Shown: one piece after another, positions 20,538-29,148 of the stretch | Position numbering within the stretch: position 1 is the first letter of the stretch | How the letters are laid out: each line of letters begins with the position of its first letter | Sequence record: SRR20825019_2184 | Reading direction: 5' to 3' (one strand) | Length of the DNA stretch: 37,703 nt | Position numbers and translations under genes: made by a program | Notes under the pieces: generated by a model | What the model was told of the DNA's origin: nothing | Seen by the model: only the letters and a program-made list of their open reading frames with translations | Database searches by the model: none

Positions 20538-20604
20538 AGGGGGGGGTAAGCAATTCACTGGCTTTGGTGAGTTGAGACACAAAGAATCAACGAGAAATAC
20601 AGAT

Positions 20605-20631
20605 TTGTATGATGTTTTACATTTCGACATA
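20605..20631. promoter_or_regulatory. candidate FadR/GntR operator cluster upstream of the TonB receptor
   Basis: ATGTTTTACAT (20612-20622) flanked by the related half-sites TTGTATGATGT and TTTCGACATA. Same ATGT-N3-ACA pattern as 23058 and 31155. Confidence 0.45.
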
Positions 20632-20807
20632 TTACTGTCAATCGTGAAAAATCATATACTGGCAGAATAATGCCAAAATGAACCCTGAGATACCGCCCAG
20701 ACAGGGATTCATCGACACAGCTGTCGCGCTGTAATTCTCCCAGAGACAAGGAAAGCCTGCGAGCGAGCGCTCGTTGAGCAGCTCATCCCACGCCACGCCC
20801 GTTGCCT

Positions 20808-21521
20808 TTATTCCTCTTCAAAGAGATGCACCGTGATTCGCATCCGCTCACGGAAGAAAGCTCCTGCCTCTTCAACCTCTCCCGCTTTAATCATATCCAA
20901 CAGTTTTCGGTGCTCTTCCCAAAGCGCTTCACGACGAGATTCGAATTTCCCCACTTTCTGTTGACGGTCATGCAAGCCACTCAGCGTCGCAAACTCCTTC
21001 AAAGGCTCCAGGATCGCTTGAAACATAATATTCCCGGAATAGACCGCCATCGTCAGGTGAAACTCCATATCCAAGCGGGCAAATTCCTCGAAATTCACCG
21101 ATTTTACGGCCATCTGCTTCAGGATAGCTTCGAGCGCCTGCATGCATTCCGGATTCTGCTCCTGGCCCACGATCCTCATGCATTCCACCTCAATAATCGT
21201 GCGCAACTTCACGTAATCTAAAATCGCCCGTTTATTGGCATAGATCTGCCGGTAGTGACTGAAAACCTTCTTAATCTGCGCCATGGGGTCATTCGCCACA
21301 AAGCTCCCGTTTCCCACCTTGGAAACGACCAAACCCTGGGCCTTGAGTTTTTGAATCGCTTCTCGGATCACGGTCCGACTGACGCCAAATCCTTGGCTCA
21401 ACTCTGGCTCCGTCGGCAAACGTTCCCCCAATTTCAATTCTCCGGCGAGAATTTGCTCTTCAAGATAATCATAGACCTTGTCGCTGAGATGTCGGGTTAC
21501 TTTTAAGTTGGGCAGTTTCAT
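20808..21521 (-). CDS. GntR-family (FadR subfamily) transcriptional regulator
   Basis: wHTH GERLPTEPELSQGFGVSRTVIREAIQKL...GLV...GNGSFV and FCD domain LRTIIE...DMEFH...SGN...EEHRKLL. Confidence 0.96.
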   Translation of the reverse strand: MKLPNLKVTRHLSDKVYDYLEEQILAGELKLGERLPTEPELSQGFGVSRTVIREAIQKLKAQGLVVSKVGNGSFVANDPMAQIKKVFSHYRQIYANKRAILDYVKLRTIIEVECMRIVGQEQNPECMQALEAILKQMAVKSVNFEEFARLDMEFHLTMAVYSGNIMFQAILEPLKEFATLSGLHDRQQKVGKFESRREALWEEHRKLLDMIKAGEVEEAGAFFRERMRITVHLFEEE

Positions 21522-21651
21522 TCGGATATCAGCCGTCTATAGCCAGCAAAAGATCTCTATATTCAAAGACCTTCCCGGATGGCAACCCCACAATAATGGC
21601 GCTGCATTGAGGATAAGAGATTTCATCGGGAAAAGCATTTCGCGGAGTCAG

Positions 21652-23043
21652 TTAAATCGCCAACTCAGACGTCAGCGCCTCACGAAGTCGAGCCGCGACC
21701 TCTGGTTGTGAGGAAATCAGGTTTTCATTCTCATCCGGATCTGAGCTCAAATCGTAGAGCATCACCGGCGTGCCCACCGGATCCTCCACATACTTGTAAC
21801 GCCCGTCACAAACCTGCCGCCAATCGTTGAATCCCGACGTGGTGAAGTCCCGATGCTTGTCGGATTTTCCGCACAGCACATCCCCCAAAGATCGAGCATC
21901 CCATCCCGACGGCGTTTCCTTAATCCCCGCCATCTCTACGAAGGTCGCCGCAAGATCGATCAACTCCACCAGCGCATCCGAACGCACCCCGTGTTGAATC
22001 CCCGGCCCGCTCATCACCAAGGGCACCCGCACCGAGGGATCGTGGGCGTAGCCCTTATTCCAATAACCATGATCGCCGAGCATTTCGCCGTGGTCGGCAC
22101 TGAAAACCACGACCGTATTATCCCATTCACCTCGCGCCTCCACTTCGGCGATCACCCGGCCAATCCATTCATCCATCCCTTCAATCATTGCGGCATACTG
22201 CCGGCGCACTTCCTGATGATCGGTCACCGAATCCGGAGAATCCACTGGCGGGAGAAATTCCAAGTCGCGATAACGCTCCACCAGTTCCGACGCCGCATCG
22301 AAAGGCGGATGAGCGCTGCCCCAGCTGATCTGTAAAAACCACGGCGCGTTGCGCGGAAACGACCGCAGCATGCCACAGGCCCGCTCGCCGCAATAGTCGT
22401 CATTGTGAAAACGCTTCTCGATCGGCAACGGTTGCGTATCAATTCCCAGTCCCGTTCCTACGGGGTCCATGTCTCCTTTGCGCCGCGCGAGATCATCACT
22501 CACCGTCTGCGCCAATCCATTCGCGTGGAGCATCGCCATGTAGGGTTCATTAGGAATCTCCCGACCGGTTCGAATCGGCGTATCACGCTTGCCGGCCATG
22601 TCCACCGTATCAGTAAAGCCCAGTTGCCCGAGTCGTTCCGACCAACCATCGATCCCGTGGAGTTGGCTTTTCTTATGCAGATCACACTTGCCCACCAAGC
22701 CGACCCGATAGCCCACCTCCCGCAAGGCCTGCATGAAAGTCGTCAGCCCCAAGTCCACATCCGCCCGGTTATCCTTCACCCCCGAACGATCGTAACGCCG
22801 ACCAGTCGCAAGACAGGCCCGGCTCGGCGCGCACATCGGACTATTGCAACGGCATTCGTTGAAGAGCATGCCGCTTTGAGCCAAGCGATCGATATTCGGA
22901 GTGCGCACCGGATACTTTCCCAAGATTCCCAGCCAATCCCACCGGTGATGCTCGCTTAGCAAAAACAGAATATTCGGCCGACGCCCCCCTTTTCCAAATC
23001 CTCCACGTTCCATCTCGTGCTTCAATGAATTCGAAGATTGCAT
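21652..23043 (-). CDS. sulfatase (formylglycine-dependent S1 type), no signal peptide
   Basis: RPNILF, CAPSRACLATG (CxPxR), VGKCDL, HPPF, NTVVVFSADHGEMLGDHG..NKG, VRVPL, LYDLSSDPDE. Alternative start at 23013. Confidence 0.93.
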   Translation of the reverse strand: MQSSNSLKHEMERGGFGKGGRRPNILFLLSEHHRWDWLGILGKYPVRTPNIDRLAQSGMLFNECRCNSPMCAPSRACLATGRRYDRSGVKDNRADVDLGLTTFMQALREVGYRVGLVGKCDLHKKSQLHGIDGWSERLGQLGFTDTVDMAGKRDTPIRTGREIPNEPYMAMLHANGLAQTVSDDLARRKGDMDPVGTGLGIDTQPLPIEKRFHNDDYCGERACGMLRSFPRNAPWFLQISWGSAHPPFDAASELVERYRDLEFLPPVDSPDSVTDHQEVRRQYAAMIEGMDEWIGRVIAEVEARGEWDNTVVVFSADHGEMLGDHGYWNKGYAHDPSVRVPLVMSGPGIQHGVRSDALVELIDLAATFVEMAGIKETPSGWDARSLGDVLCGKSDKHRDFTTSGFNDWRQVCDGRYKYVEDPVGTPVMLYDLSSDPDENENLISSQPEVAARLREALTSELAI

Positions 23044-23056
23044 AGCATTTTAGTAT

Positions 23057-23081
23057 TATGTCAGACAAATATGTAAAGACC
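23057..23081. promoter_or_regulatory. candidate FadR/GntR operator in the divergent sulfatase / heparinase-like promoter region
   Basis: TATGTCAGACAA (core palindrome TGTC-A-GACA) followed by a degenerate copy ATGTAAAGACC, in an AT-rich divergent intergenic region. Confidence 0.6.
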
Positions 23082-23159
23082 TAAGCACCCCACCAATCTG
23101 ACGGCTATAGCGTCATATATCACATCCCAGACAATCCCCACAGATCTGATCCCGCTCTC

Positions 23160-25112
23160 ATGATCCCTCCCCTTTTCTTTACCTCACGAAAGTCAGACGC
23201 TCCCCACTTGCGCACTTGGACAGAATTACGGAAACAAATCACCAAGGGCGCCTACGGACGAACCTGGACCAAAATTCTCCAACAGGCTGAACTCGATCTT
23301 AAATCTGCCCCGCTCACTCCCTCATCGATGTTTCCGGGCAGAGTCGCCAATGATGCCGCCCATGCCAATCGCGATTACACGGTTTGCGCAGCTGCCGGGC
23401 AACGTATCATGCGCAGTGCGTTGGTTTATAAAGTGACTGGAAACAAGGCGCACAAAGCATGCGCTTTGAATCAAATCTATGCCCTGATCAATCCTTCGAT
23501 CTGGCCCGAATGGCGCGATCAAGCCCACGCCTGCCAACAAAATCCCGCCGACCTTCGCACCGGTATGCTCTCGCGCGATGTGGGCATCGCTTACAATTGG
23601 CTGCGCTCGTCACTCACCTCCAAGGAACGTCAAAGAATCGTGACGGGGATTGATCAATGCGGCATTCAACGATTTCTCGATTCTCTGCCCCGGAATCCCT
23701 TCTGGCTAAACCGACCGACCAATTGGATGACCTGTGTCGTCGGCGGCGTCGGCATCTGCGCCATGGCCTTGGGGGAGGATCATCCTAAATCCGATTTTCT
23801 CATCAAACTGTCTCTGGAAAAGATGGAGTCGTATCAGAAAATCTTTGGGCCGGACGGTGAATTCAATGAATCTCCCGCTTACGCCGGAGCAGTAGGCCTT
23901 TTGCTCATTTACTACTCCGCGTTGCAATCGATTCAAAGCTCACAAGCGAAACGCTTGGCTGAATTTCCTTTTCCGCAAGCGGCCAGGTGGGTCCAATATC
24001 TCAGTTTAGGACCAAAGAGAATCGCCGCCTTCGGTGACGCTCACGTCAATGCGGCACCACGCGTGTCTCACTACGCAGCAGTGGCGGCCACCATGGGTGA
24101 TCCCGTTATCCAAGGCCTGTCTCAACAATATCGATCCGGCATCCTCGACACCGACGTCCCGGATCTCTTCGAAATCGTGTGGTCCAATCCCGATATCCCG
24201 GCCAAAAAGCCGGGTGCTGACTATCCGAAATACGTCACGTTCAAGGGCCACGCGGCCTGCTTCAGCAGTCGCACGGATTGGAAAACCTCCGGTTCTGATT
24301 GCGTAGTTTACGGCAAGGCCGGTCGCGAACCCGCCCACGCTCATTGCGACGTGGGGCAGATCTGCATCGACGCCCACGGCGAATGCCTGATCTCGGATCA
24401 CGGTCTCCCGGCTGGTGGTTACCCTGCCGATTATTTCAACGAAAACCGCACCCAATATTACAACGCTTCCGTGCTCGGCCACAATCTGCTCACGATCAAT
24501 GATCGCGAACATCCCGACAGAGTGACCAAAGGACGTTTCCTCAGCGAAGGCCCTTTGGCCGACGGTCTCGGTGTCCATTGGCACTTCAATCTGAAGGCCT
24601 GCAATCCCTCGGCTTCCCTGATCACCCGAGCCGTATTTCACCTGTTGCCCAACATCATCCTCGTCGTTGATGAAGCCCATACAAATAACCCCGCTGATTT
24701 CCGCCTGCGCTGGCATCCGGGCAAACCCACCAAGATTAAACCCGACGGATCGTTCAAATTCACCCAGGGCAAAGCATCCTTGAGCGCCCGCGTGAAATCA
24801 TACGGACGGGCCGCCGTCACTCACGGATCAGGACGCCACCAGTATCGCGCGCCCTATGATTGCAATCGGTTAGGCGAAAAACTGCAGCAACGGCGTGAAC
24901 CTTTTGTGGATACCTGCACCAAGGGGAAAAGCTGCCGATTCCTCACCGTCTTCGCCACCGGTAAATCCAGCTCGCGCCTCGCGGCTTGGCGGGACAAAGA
25001 CGGCACGCTGAGCTTTCGCGATCCGCGACAAGGAAACGTATCCATCCGCATTGAGAAAAATACCCTCCACTACGAAACTCCGCGCGGTCGGGGATCCTAT
25101 CTATTGGGTTAA
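23160..25112 (+). CDS. heparinase II/III-fold protein (putative oligosaccharide lyase), paralog 1
   Basis: Helical N-domain with IAYNWL, NW, GPDGEFNESPAY, AFGD. C-domain with HAHCDVGQICID, D.G, HNLLTIN, ILVVDE, LRWH. This is the motif order of Hepar_II_III proteins. No signal peptide. Confidence 0.8.
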   Translation: MIPPLFFTSRKSDAPHLRTWTELRKQITKGAYGRTWTKILQQAELDLKSAPLTPSSMFPGRVANDAAHANRDYTVCAAAGQRIMRSALVYKVTGNKAHKACALNQIYALINPSIWPEWRDQAHACQQNPADLRTGMLSRDVGIAYNWLRSSLTSKERQRIVTGIDQCGIQRFLDSLPRNPFWLNRPTNWMTCVVGGVGICAMALGEDHPKSDFLIKLSLEKMESYQKIFGPDGEFNESPAYAGAVGLLLIYYSALQSIQSSQAKRLAEFPFPQAARWVQYLSLGPKRIAAFGDAHVNAAPRVSHYAAVAATMGDPVIQGLSQQYRSGILDTDVPDLFEIVWSNPDIPAKKPGADYPKYVTFKGHAACFSSRTDWKTSGSDCVVYGKAGREPAHAHCDVGQICIDAHGECLISDHGLPAGGYPADYFNENRTQYYNASVLGHNLLTINDREHPDRVTKGRFLSEGPLADGLGVHWHFNLKACNPSASLITRAVFHLLPNIILVVDEAHTNNPADFRLRWHPGKPTKIKPDGSFKFTQGKASLSARVKSYGRAAVTHGSGRHQYRAPYDCNRLGEKLQQRREPFVDTCTKGKSCRFLTVFATGKSSSRLAAWRDKDGTLSFRDPRQGNVSIRIEKNTLHYETPRGRGSYLLG

Positions 25113-25129
25113 TCCATCCCTCATTTATC

Positions 25130-27076
25130 ATGCTCCCGACACTCTTCTTCTCTAACAAGAAATCCGACGCCCCTCACCTTCGCACCTGGGCGGAAGTGAG
25201 AAAGCTCATTCAATCCGGAGCCTATGGCACCATCTGGTCGAAAATTGAACGTCAGGCCAAAAAAGATCTCGAATGCGATCTGATCACCCCCTCGTCCCAC
25301 ACGCCCGGACGGCAACCGGATCAGGCCTTGCATGCCAATCGCGATTTCTCGATCAGCGTTGCTGTCTGCCAATGCATCTTGCGCACCGCCCTGCTCTTCA
25401 AAATCACGAAGGACCCCGCCTACAAGGAAGCCTGTCTGCAACAGATCCACAATGTTTGCGACCCGGAAATCTGGGTGGAATGGCGCGACAAATCTCATGT
25501 GCATCACGGCATTCCCGCCGATCTGCGCACGGGCTGGATTGCCCGCGATGTCGCTCTCGCCTATAATTGGCTGCGCTCGTCGCTAAGCCCCAAACAACGG
25601 GCCAAGATACTCGCCGGCATCGATCACATGGGGATTCGCCCGTATCTGGAGTCACTCCCGATGAATCCCAATTGGATACAAAACCTCTCCAATTGGACGA
25701 CGTGTATTGTGGGCGGCATGGGCATCTGCGGCATGGCACTCGGGGAAGACCATCCCGACTCGGCTCAGTTGGTCACCGGAGCCAAAACTATCATGGAGTC
25801 CTACTTTGATATTTTTGGACCCGAAGGAGAATTCAATGAATCGCCCGGCTATGCGGGATCGCTCATGCTGGTGGCCAAATTTTACAGCGCCTTGCAATGT
25901 GTCGAACCTGGTCAGCGCAATCGACTGGCTGAATTTCCGTTTCCGCAAATGGCTCGCTGGATTCAGTATCTGGCTCTCGGCCCCAAACGATTGGCTGCCT
26001 TTGGCGACAGCCACCCAAACGATCCCCCCTTCGTCCCACATTACTCCGCAGTGGCCGCGGCCACCGGAGATCCGGTGATCCAAGGGCTCGCACTCCATTA
26101 CGGGGCCAACACCCAGGGCTACACCGCCCCGGATGTTTATCAGTTTCTCTGGTTCGATCCTGAAATTCCGGCCCAGCAGCCGGGTTCCGATTACCCCCGA
26201 CACGCCACTTTTAAGGCTTACGGCGCGTGCTTCAGCAGTCGCAGCGATTGGAAAAAATCAGGGGCCGATTGCGTCGTCTACGGAAAAGCCGGACGCGAAC
26301 CCTACCATTCGCATCCAGATGCCGGACAAGTGTGCCTCGATGCGCAGGGAGAGCTGCTCATTCAGGATCTTGGTCTCCCCGCCGGAGGTTACCCGGCCGG
26401 CAACTACGACCAATTCTACAACGCTTCCGTGCAGGGCCACAATCTGCTCACCATCAATGGCAAGGAACTGGTCAAACAAACGACCAAGGCCCGATTCATC
26501 AGCGAGGGCGCATTACCTGACGGGCTCGGCGTGCATTGGGTCTTCGACCTGACCGCCTTTCATTCCGAGGCCATCTCGATGACCAGAAGCGTTTTTCATC
26601 TGCTCCCAAACATCGTCGTGGTGATCGATGAAGCCCACGCCAAAGCACGTTCCAATTTCCGGCTTCGCTGGCATCCCTCAAAACGAATTAACATCAAGAA
26701 CGATGGCATTTTCAAATTTAGCCAAGGGAAAGCAGTGTTAAGCGCTCGTGTGAAATCATATGGCCGCGCCACCGCTACGCACACCTCGGGCCGACACGCC
26801 TATCGCGCGCCCTACGATTGCAATCGATTAGGCGAGAAACTCACCCAGCGGCGAGAATCGTATGTCGATACCCATACGAAAAGTAAAAGCTGCCGGTTTT
26901 TAACCGCATTTGCCACGGGCTCATCCCGCACGCGTCTTCCCCATTGGCAGGAAGAAGCCGGCACGTTGAGTTTTCGTGATCCGCAGCGCGGCCCGTTTTC
27001 TGTCCGAATCGAAAAGGACACGCTGCACTACTCCACCCCACGCGGGGCAGGTTCATTTAAGTTGAAACAGTCTTAA
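25130..27076 (+). CDS. heparinase II/III-fold protein, paralog 2
   Basis: Colinear with paralog 1 (KSDAPHLRTW, ADLRTG, GEFNESPGY, AFGD, HSHPDAGQ, HNLLTIN, APYDCNRLGEKL). No signal peptide. Confidence 0.8.
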   Translation: MLPTLFFSNKKSDAPHLRTWAEVRKLIQSGAYGTIWSKIERQAKKDLECDLITPSSHTPGRQPDQALHANRDFSISVAVCQCILRTALLFKITKDPAYKEACLQQIHNVCDPEIWVEWRDKSHVHHGIPADLRTGWIARDVALAYNWLRSSLSPKQRAKILAGIDHMGIRPYLESLPMNPNWIQNLSNWTTCIVGGMGICGMALGEDHPDSAQLVTGAKTIMESYFDIFGPEGEFNESPGYAGSLMLVAKFYSALQCVEPGQRNRLAEFPFPQMARWIQYLALGPKRLAAFGDSHPNDPPFVPHYSAVAAATGDPVIQGLALHYGANTQGYTAPDVYQFLWFDPEIPAQQPGSDYPRHATFKAYGACFSSRSDWKKSGADCVVYGKAGREPYHSHPDAGQVCLDAQGELLIQDLGLPAGGYPAGNYDQFYNASVQGHNLLTINGKELVKQTTKARFISEGALPDGLGVHWVFDLTAFHSEAISMTRSVFHLLPNIVVVIDEAHAKARSNFRLRWHPSKRINIKNDGIFKFSQGKAVLSARVKSYGRATATHTSGRHAYRAPYDCNRLGEKLTQRRESYVDTHTKSKSCRFLTAFATGSSRTRLPHWQEEAGTLSFRDPQRGPFSVRIEKDTLHYSTPRGAGSFKLKQS

Positions 27077-27090
27077 CGATTACCCGTCTC

Positions 27091-29097
27091 ATGCCCCGCC
27101 CCATTTTCTTCACCAACCAAAAATCCGATGCGCCTCATCTGCGCACGTGGAAAGAGTTCCGACGACAGGTTAGGGCCGGAGATTTCGGCGAGTCATGGGA
27201 CGAATTGGTCAAGGAAGCGGATCGGGAAACCGATCTGCCTGCGCTCACTCCGACCACCGATTTCCCCGGTCGCGCTTCTCATCAAGCCGCCGTCGGCAAC
27301 CGTGATTATAGCGTCACTGCCGCCGCGACCCAGCGCGTGCTGCGCAACGTGATGTTGTTTAAAGTGACGGGTAAAGCCGGCTACAAACGCTGTGCCCTCC
27401 GCCAGATCTACTCGTTGATCGACCCGGCAGTCTGGGTAAAATGGCGCGATCACAATCCGGTGGAAGCCCACATCCCGGCCGATCTCCGCACCGGTTGGAT
27501 CTCACGCGATCTGGGCATCGCTTACAATTGGCTGCGTTCCTCCCTGAAGCCCGCCGAACGCCAGCGGATCATCGACGGAATCGACCTGATGGGTATCCAA
27601 CCTTTTCTTGAATCACTGCCGTTGAATCCCCGCTGGATGAACGATCCGAGCAATTGGATGACTTGCATTGTCGGAGGCCTCGGTGTCTGCGGGATGGCCT
27701 TGGGAGACGATCATCCGATGTCACGTGAACTCGTGGAAATTTCCCGTCCTCCGATGGATTCGTATTTCCAAGTCATCGGCCCGCAAGGCGAGTTTAATGA
27801 ATCACCCGGCTACGCGGGATCACTCTACCTGCCGACGATCTATTACAGTGCCCTGCAATCCTCTGAGCCCGGCCAATCGAATCGTCTGGCTGAGTGGCCC
27901 TTCCCTCAGTGCGCGCGCTGGATCCAATACCTCGCGTTAGGACCCAATCGAATCGCGGTCTTTGGCGATGGCTACCCCGAAACGCTTCCGCTGATGCAAC
28001 ACTACGCTGCCGTGGCCGCCGCCACGCGCGATCCGGTTATCCAAGGACTTTCCCAACACTATCGCGCCGCGAACGTCGGCTCGGCTTCCCCATGCCCGGA
28101 TGTCTTCGAACTCATCTGGCTCGACCCCACACTGCCCGCCCAAACTCCCGGTCCCGATTTTCCCAACCACGCCACGTTTAAAAAATACGCCGCGGTTTTT
28201 AGTAGCCGCTCCGACTGGAACCCGCAGGGATCCGCCTGCGTGGTGTATGGCAAAGCCGGACGCGAACCCTGGCATTCCCACCACGATACCGGACAAGTCT
28301 GCATCGATGCCTTTGGCGAACGGATGATTCGCGATCACGGCCTGCCCGCCGGCGGCTATCCGAAAAATTTTCATCTGCTCCGCCACGAGTATTACAATAG
28401 CTCCACCCACGGTCACAACCTTCTCACGGTCAATGATCGCGAACACCCTCATCGCGCGTTCAAGGGACGCTACCTCAGTGAAGGCGCACTTCCCGATGAC
28501 GCCGGCGTGCATTGGGTTTACGATCTATCCGTCTGTCATCCCGACGCGATCAAAGTCACGCGCGCCGTCTTTCATTTCCTACCCCACATCGTGGTCGTCA
28601 TCGACGACGCCTACGCAAAAGACCAGGCGAACTTCAAACTCCGTTGGCACACCGCCAAACCCTGCCGGATCGCCGACGACGGCTCGTATAAATTCGCCAT
28701 CGGCCAAGCGCGAATGAGTGCCCGCATACAATCTCACTCGCGCGGAAAAGTTTCATACGATCACGGTCGTCATGAATACCTGCCGCCCTACGATTGCAAC
28801 CGGGACGGCGGTAAGCTCGACCAACCGCGGGAGCCTTACGTCGATATTCGCACTCAGGGCAAACACTGCCGACTTCTCACCGCGTTCGCGACAGGATCCT
28901 CGGCCGCTCGATCTGTTGCTTGGAAACGGGGAACCGACGGATCGCTCAGCCATCAGGATAAATCCCACGGCCGATTCTCCGTAAGACTCACCGGAGATTC
29001 CCTGCACTACGAAACACCCCGTGGTCAGGGATCCTTCGATCTCTCGATGATGAATCTCCCCTCTCCACGGCGCACCGCCACTCGCTCACGCTCGTAG
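27091..29097 (+). CDS. heparinase II/III-fold protein, paralog 3
   Basis: Same motifs (KSDAPHLRTW, ADLRTG, GEFNESPGY, VFGD, HSHHDTGQ, HNLLTVN). The C-terminal extension ends inside a palindrome. Confidence 0.8.
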   Translation: MPRPIFFTNQKSDAPHLRTWKEFRRQVRAGDFGESWDELVKEADRETDLPALTPTTDFPGRASHQAAVGNRDYSVTAAATQRVLRNVMLFKVTGKAGYKRCALRQIYSLIDPAVWVKWRDHNPVEAHIPADLRTGWISRDLGIAYNWLRSSLKPAERQRIIDGIDLMGIQPFLESLPLNPRWMNDPSNWMTCIVGGLGVCGMALGDDHPMSRELVEISRPPMDSYFQVIGPQGEFNESPGYAGSLYLPTIYYSALQSSEPGQSNRLAEWPFPQCARWIQYLALGPNRIAVFGDGYPETLPLMQHYAAVAAATRDPVIQGLSQHYRAANVGSASPCPDVFELIWLDPTLPAQTPGPDFPNHATFKKYAAVFSSRSDWNPQGSACVVYGKAGREPWHSHHDTGQVCIDAFGERMIRDHGLPAGGYPKNFHLLRHEYYNSSTHGHNLLTVNDREHPHRAFKGRYLSEGALPDDAGVHWVYDLSVCHPDAIKVTRAVFHFLPHIVVVIDDAYAKDQANFKLRWHTAKPCRIADDGSYKFAIGQARMSARIQSHSRGKVSYDHGRHEYLPPYDCNRDGGKLDQPREPYVDIRTQGKHCRLLTAFATGSSAARSVAWKRGTDGSLSHQDKSHGRFSVRLTGDSLHYETPRGQGSFDLSMMNLPSPRRTATRSRS

Positions 29098-29117
29098 CTA
29101 CGAGCATGAGCGAGTGG
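29078..29117. repeat. 40-bp near-perfect palindrome (REP-like, GTAG/CTAC centre)
   Basis: CCACTCGCTCA-C-GCTCGTAGCTACGAGC-A-TGAGCGAGTGG has one mismatched pair and contains the TAG stop of paralog 3. Confidence 0.85.
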
Positions 29118-29148
29118 ATGACATTCCCTTTCTAATCACCTCCACCTC

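Noticed and set aside
20640-20807. Small hairpins (ATGAACCCTG...CAGGGATTCAT, CGACA-CAGC-TGTCG) upstream of the TonB receptor as a possible riboswitch
   Set aside because: I could not find the conserved cores of cobalamin, TPP or other riboswitches. An Rfam/Infernal scan would be needed to exclude one fully.
23160-29097. Possible assembly artefact or pseudogenes among the tandem paralogs
   Set aside because: The copies differ at many synonymous and non-synonymous sites, and all are full-length open frames with intact core motifs.
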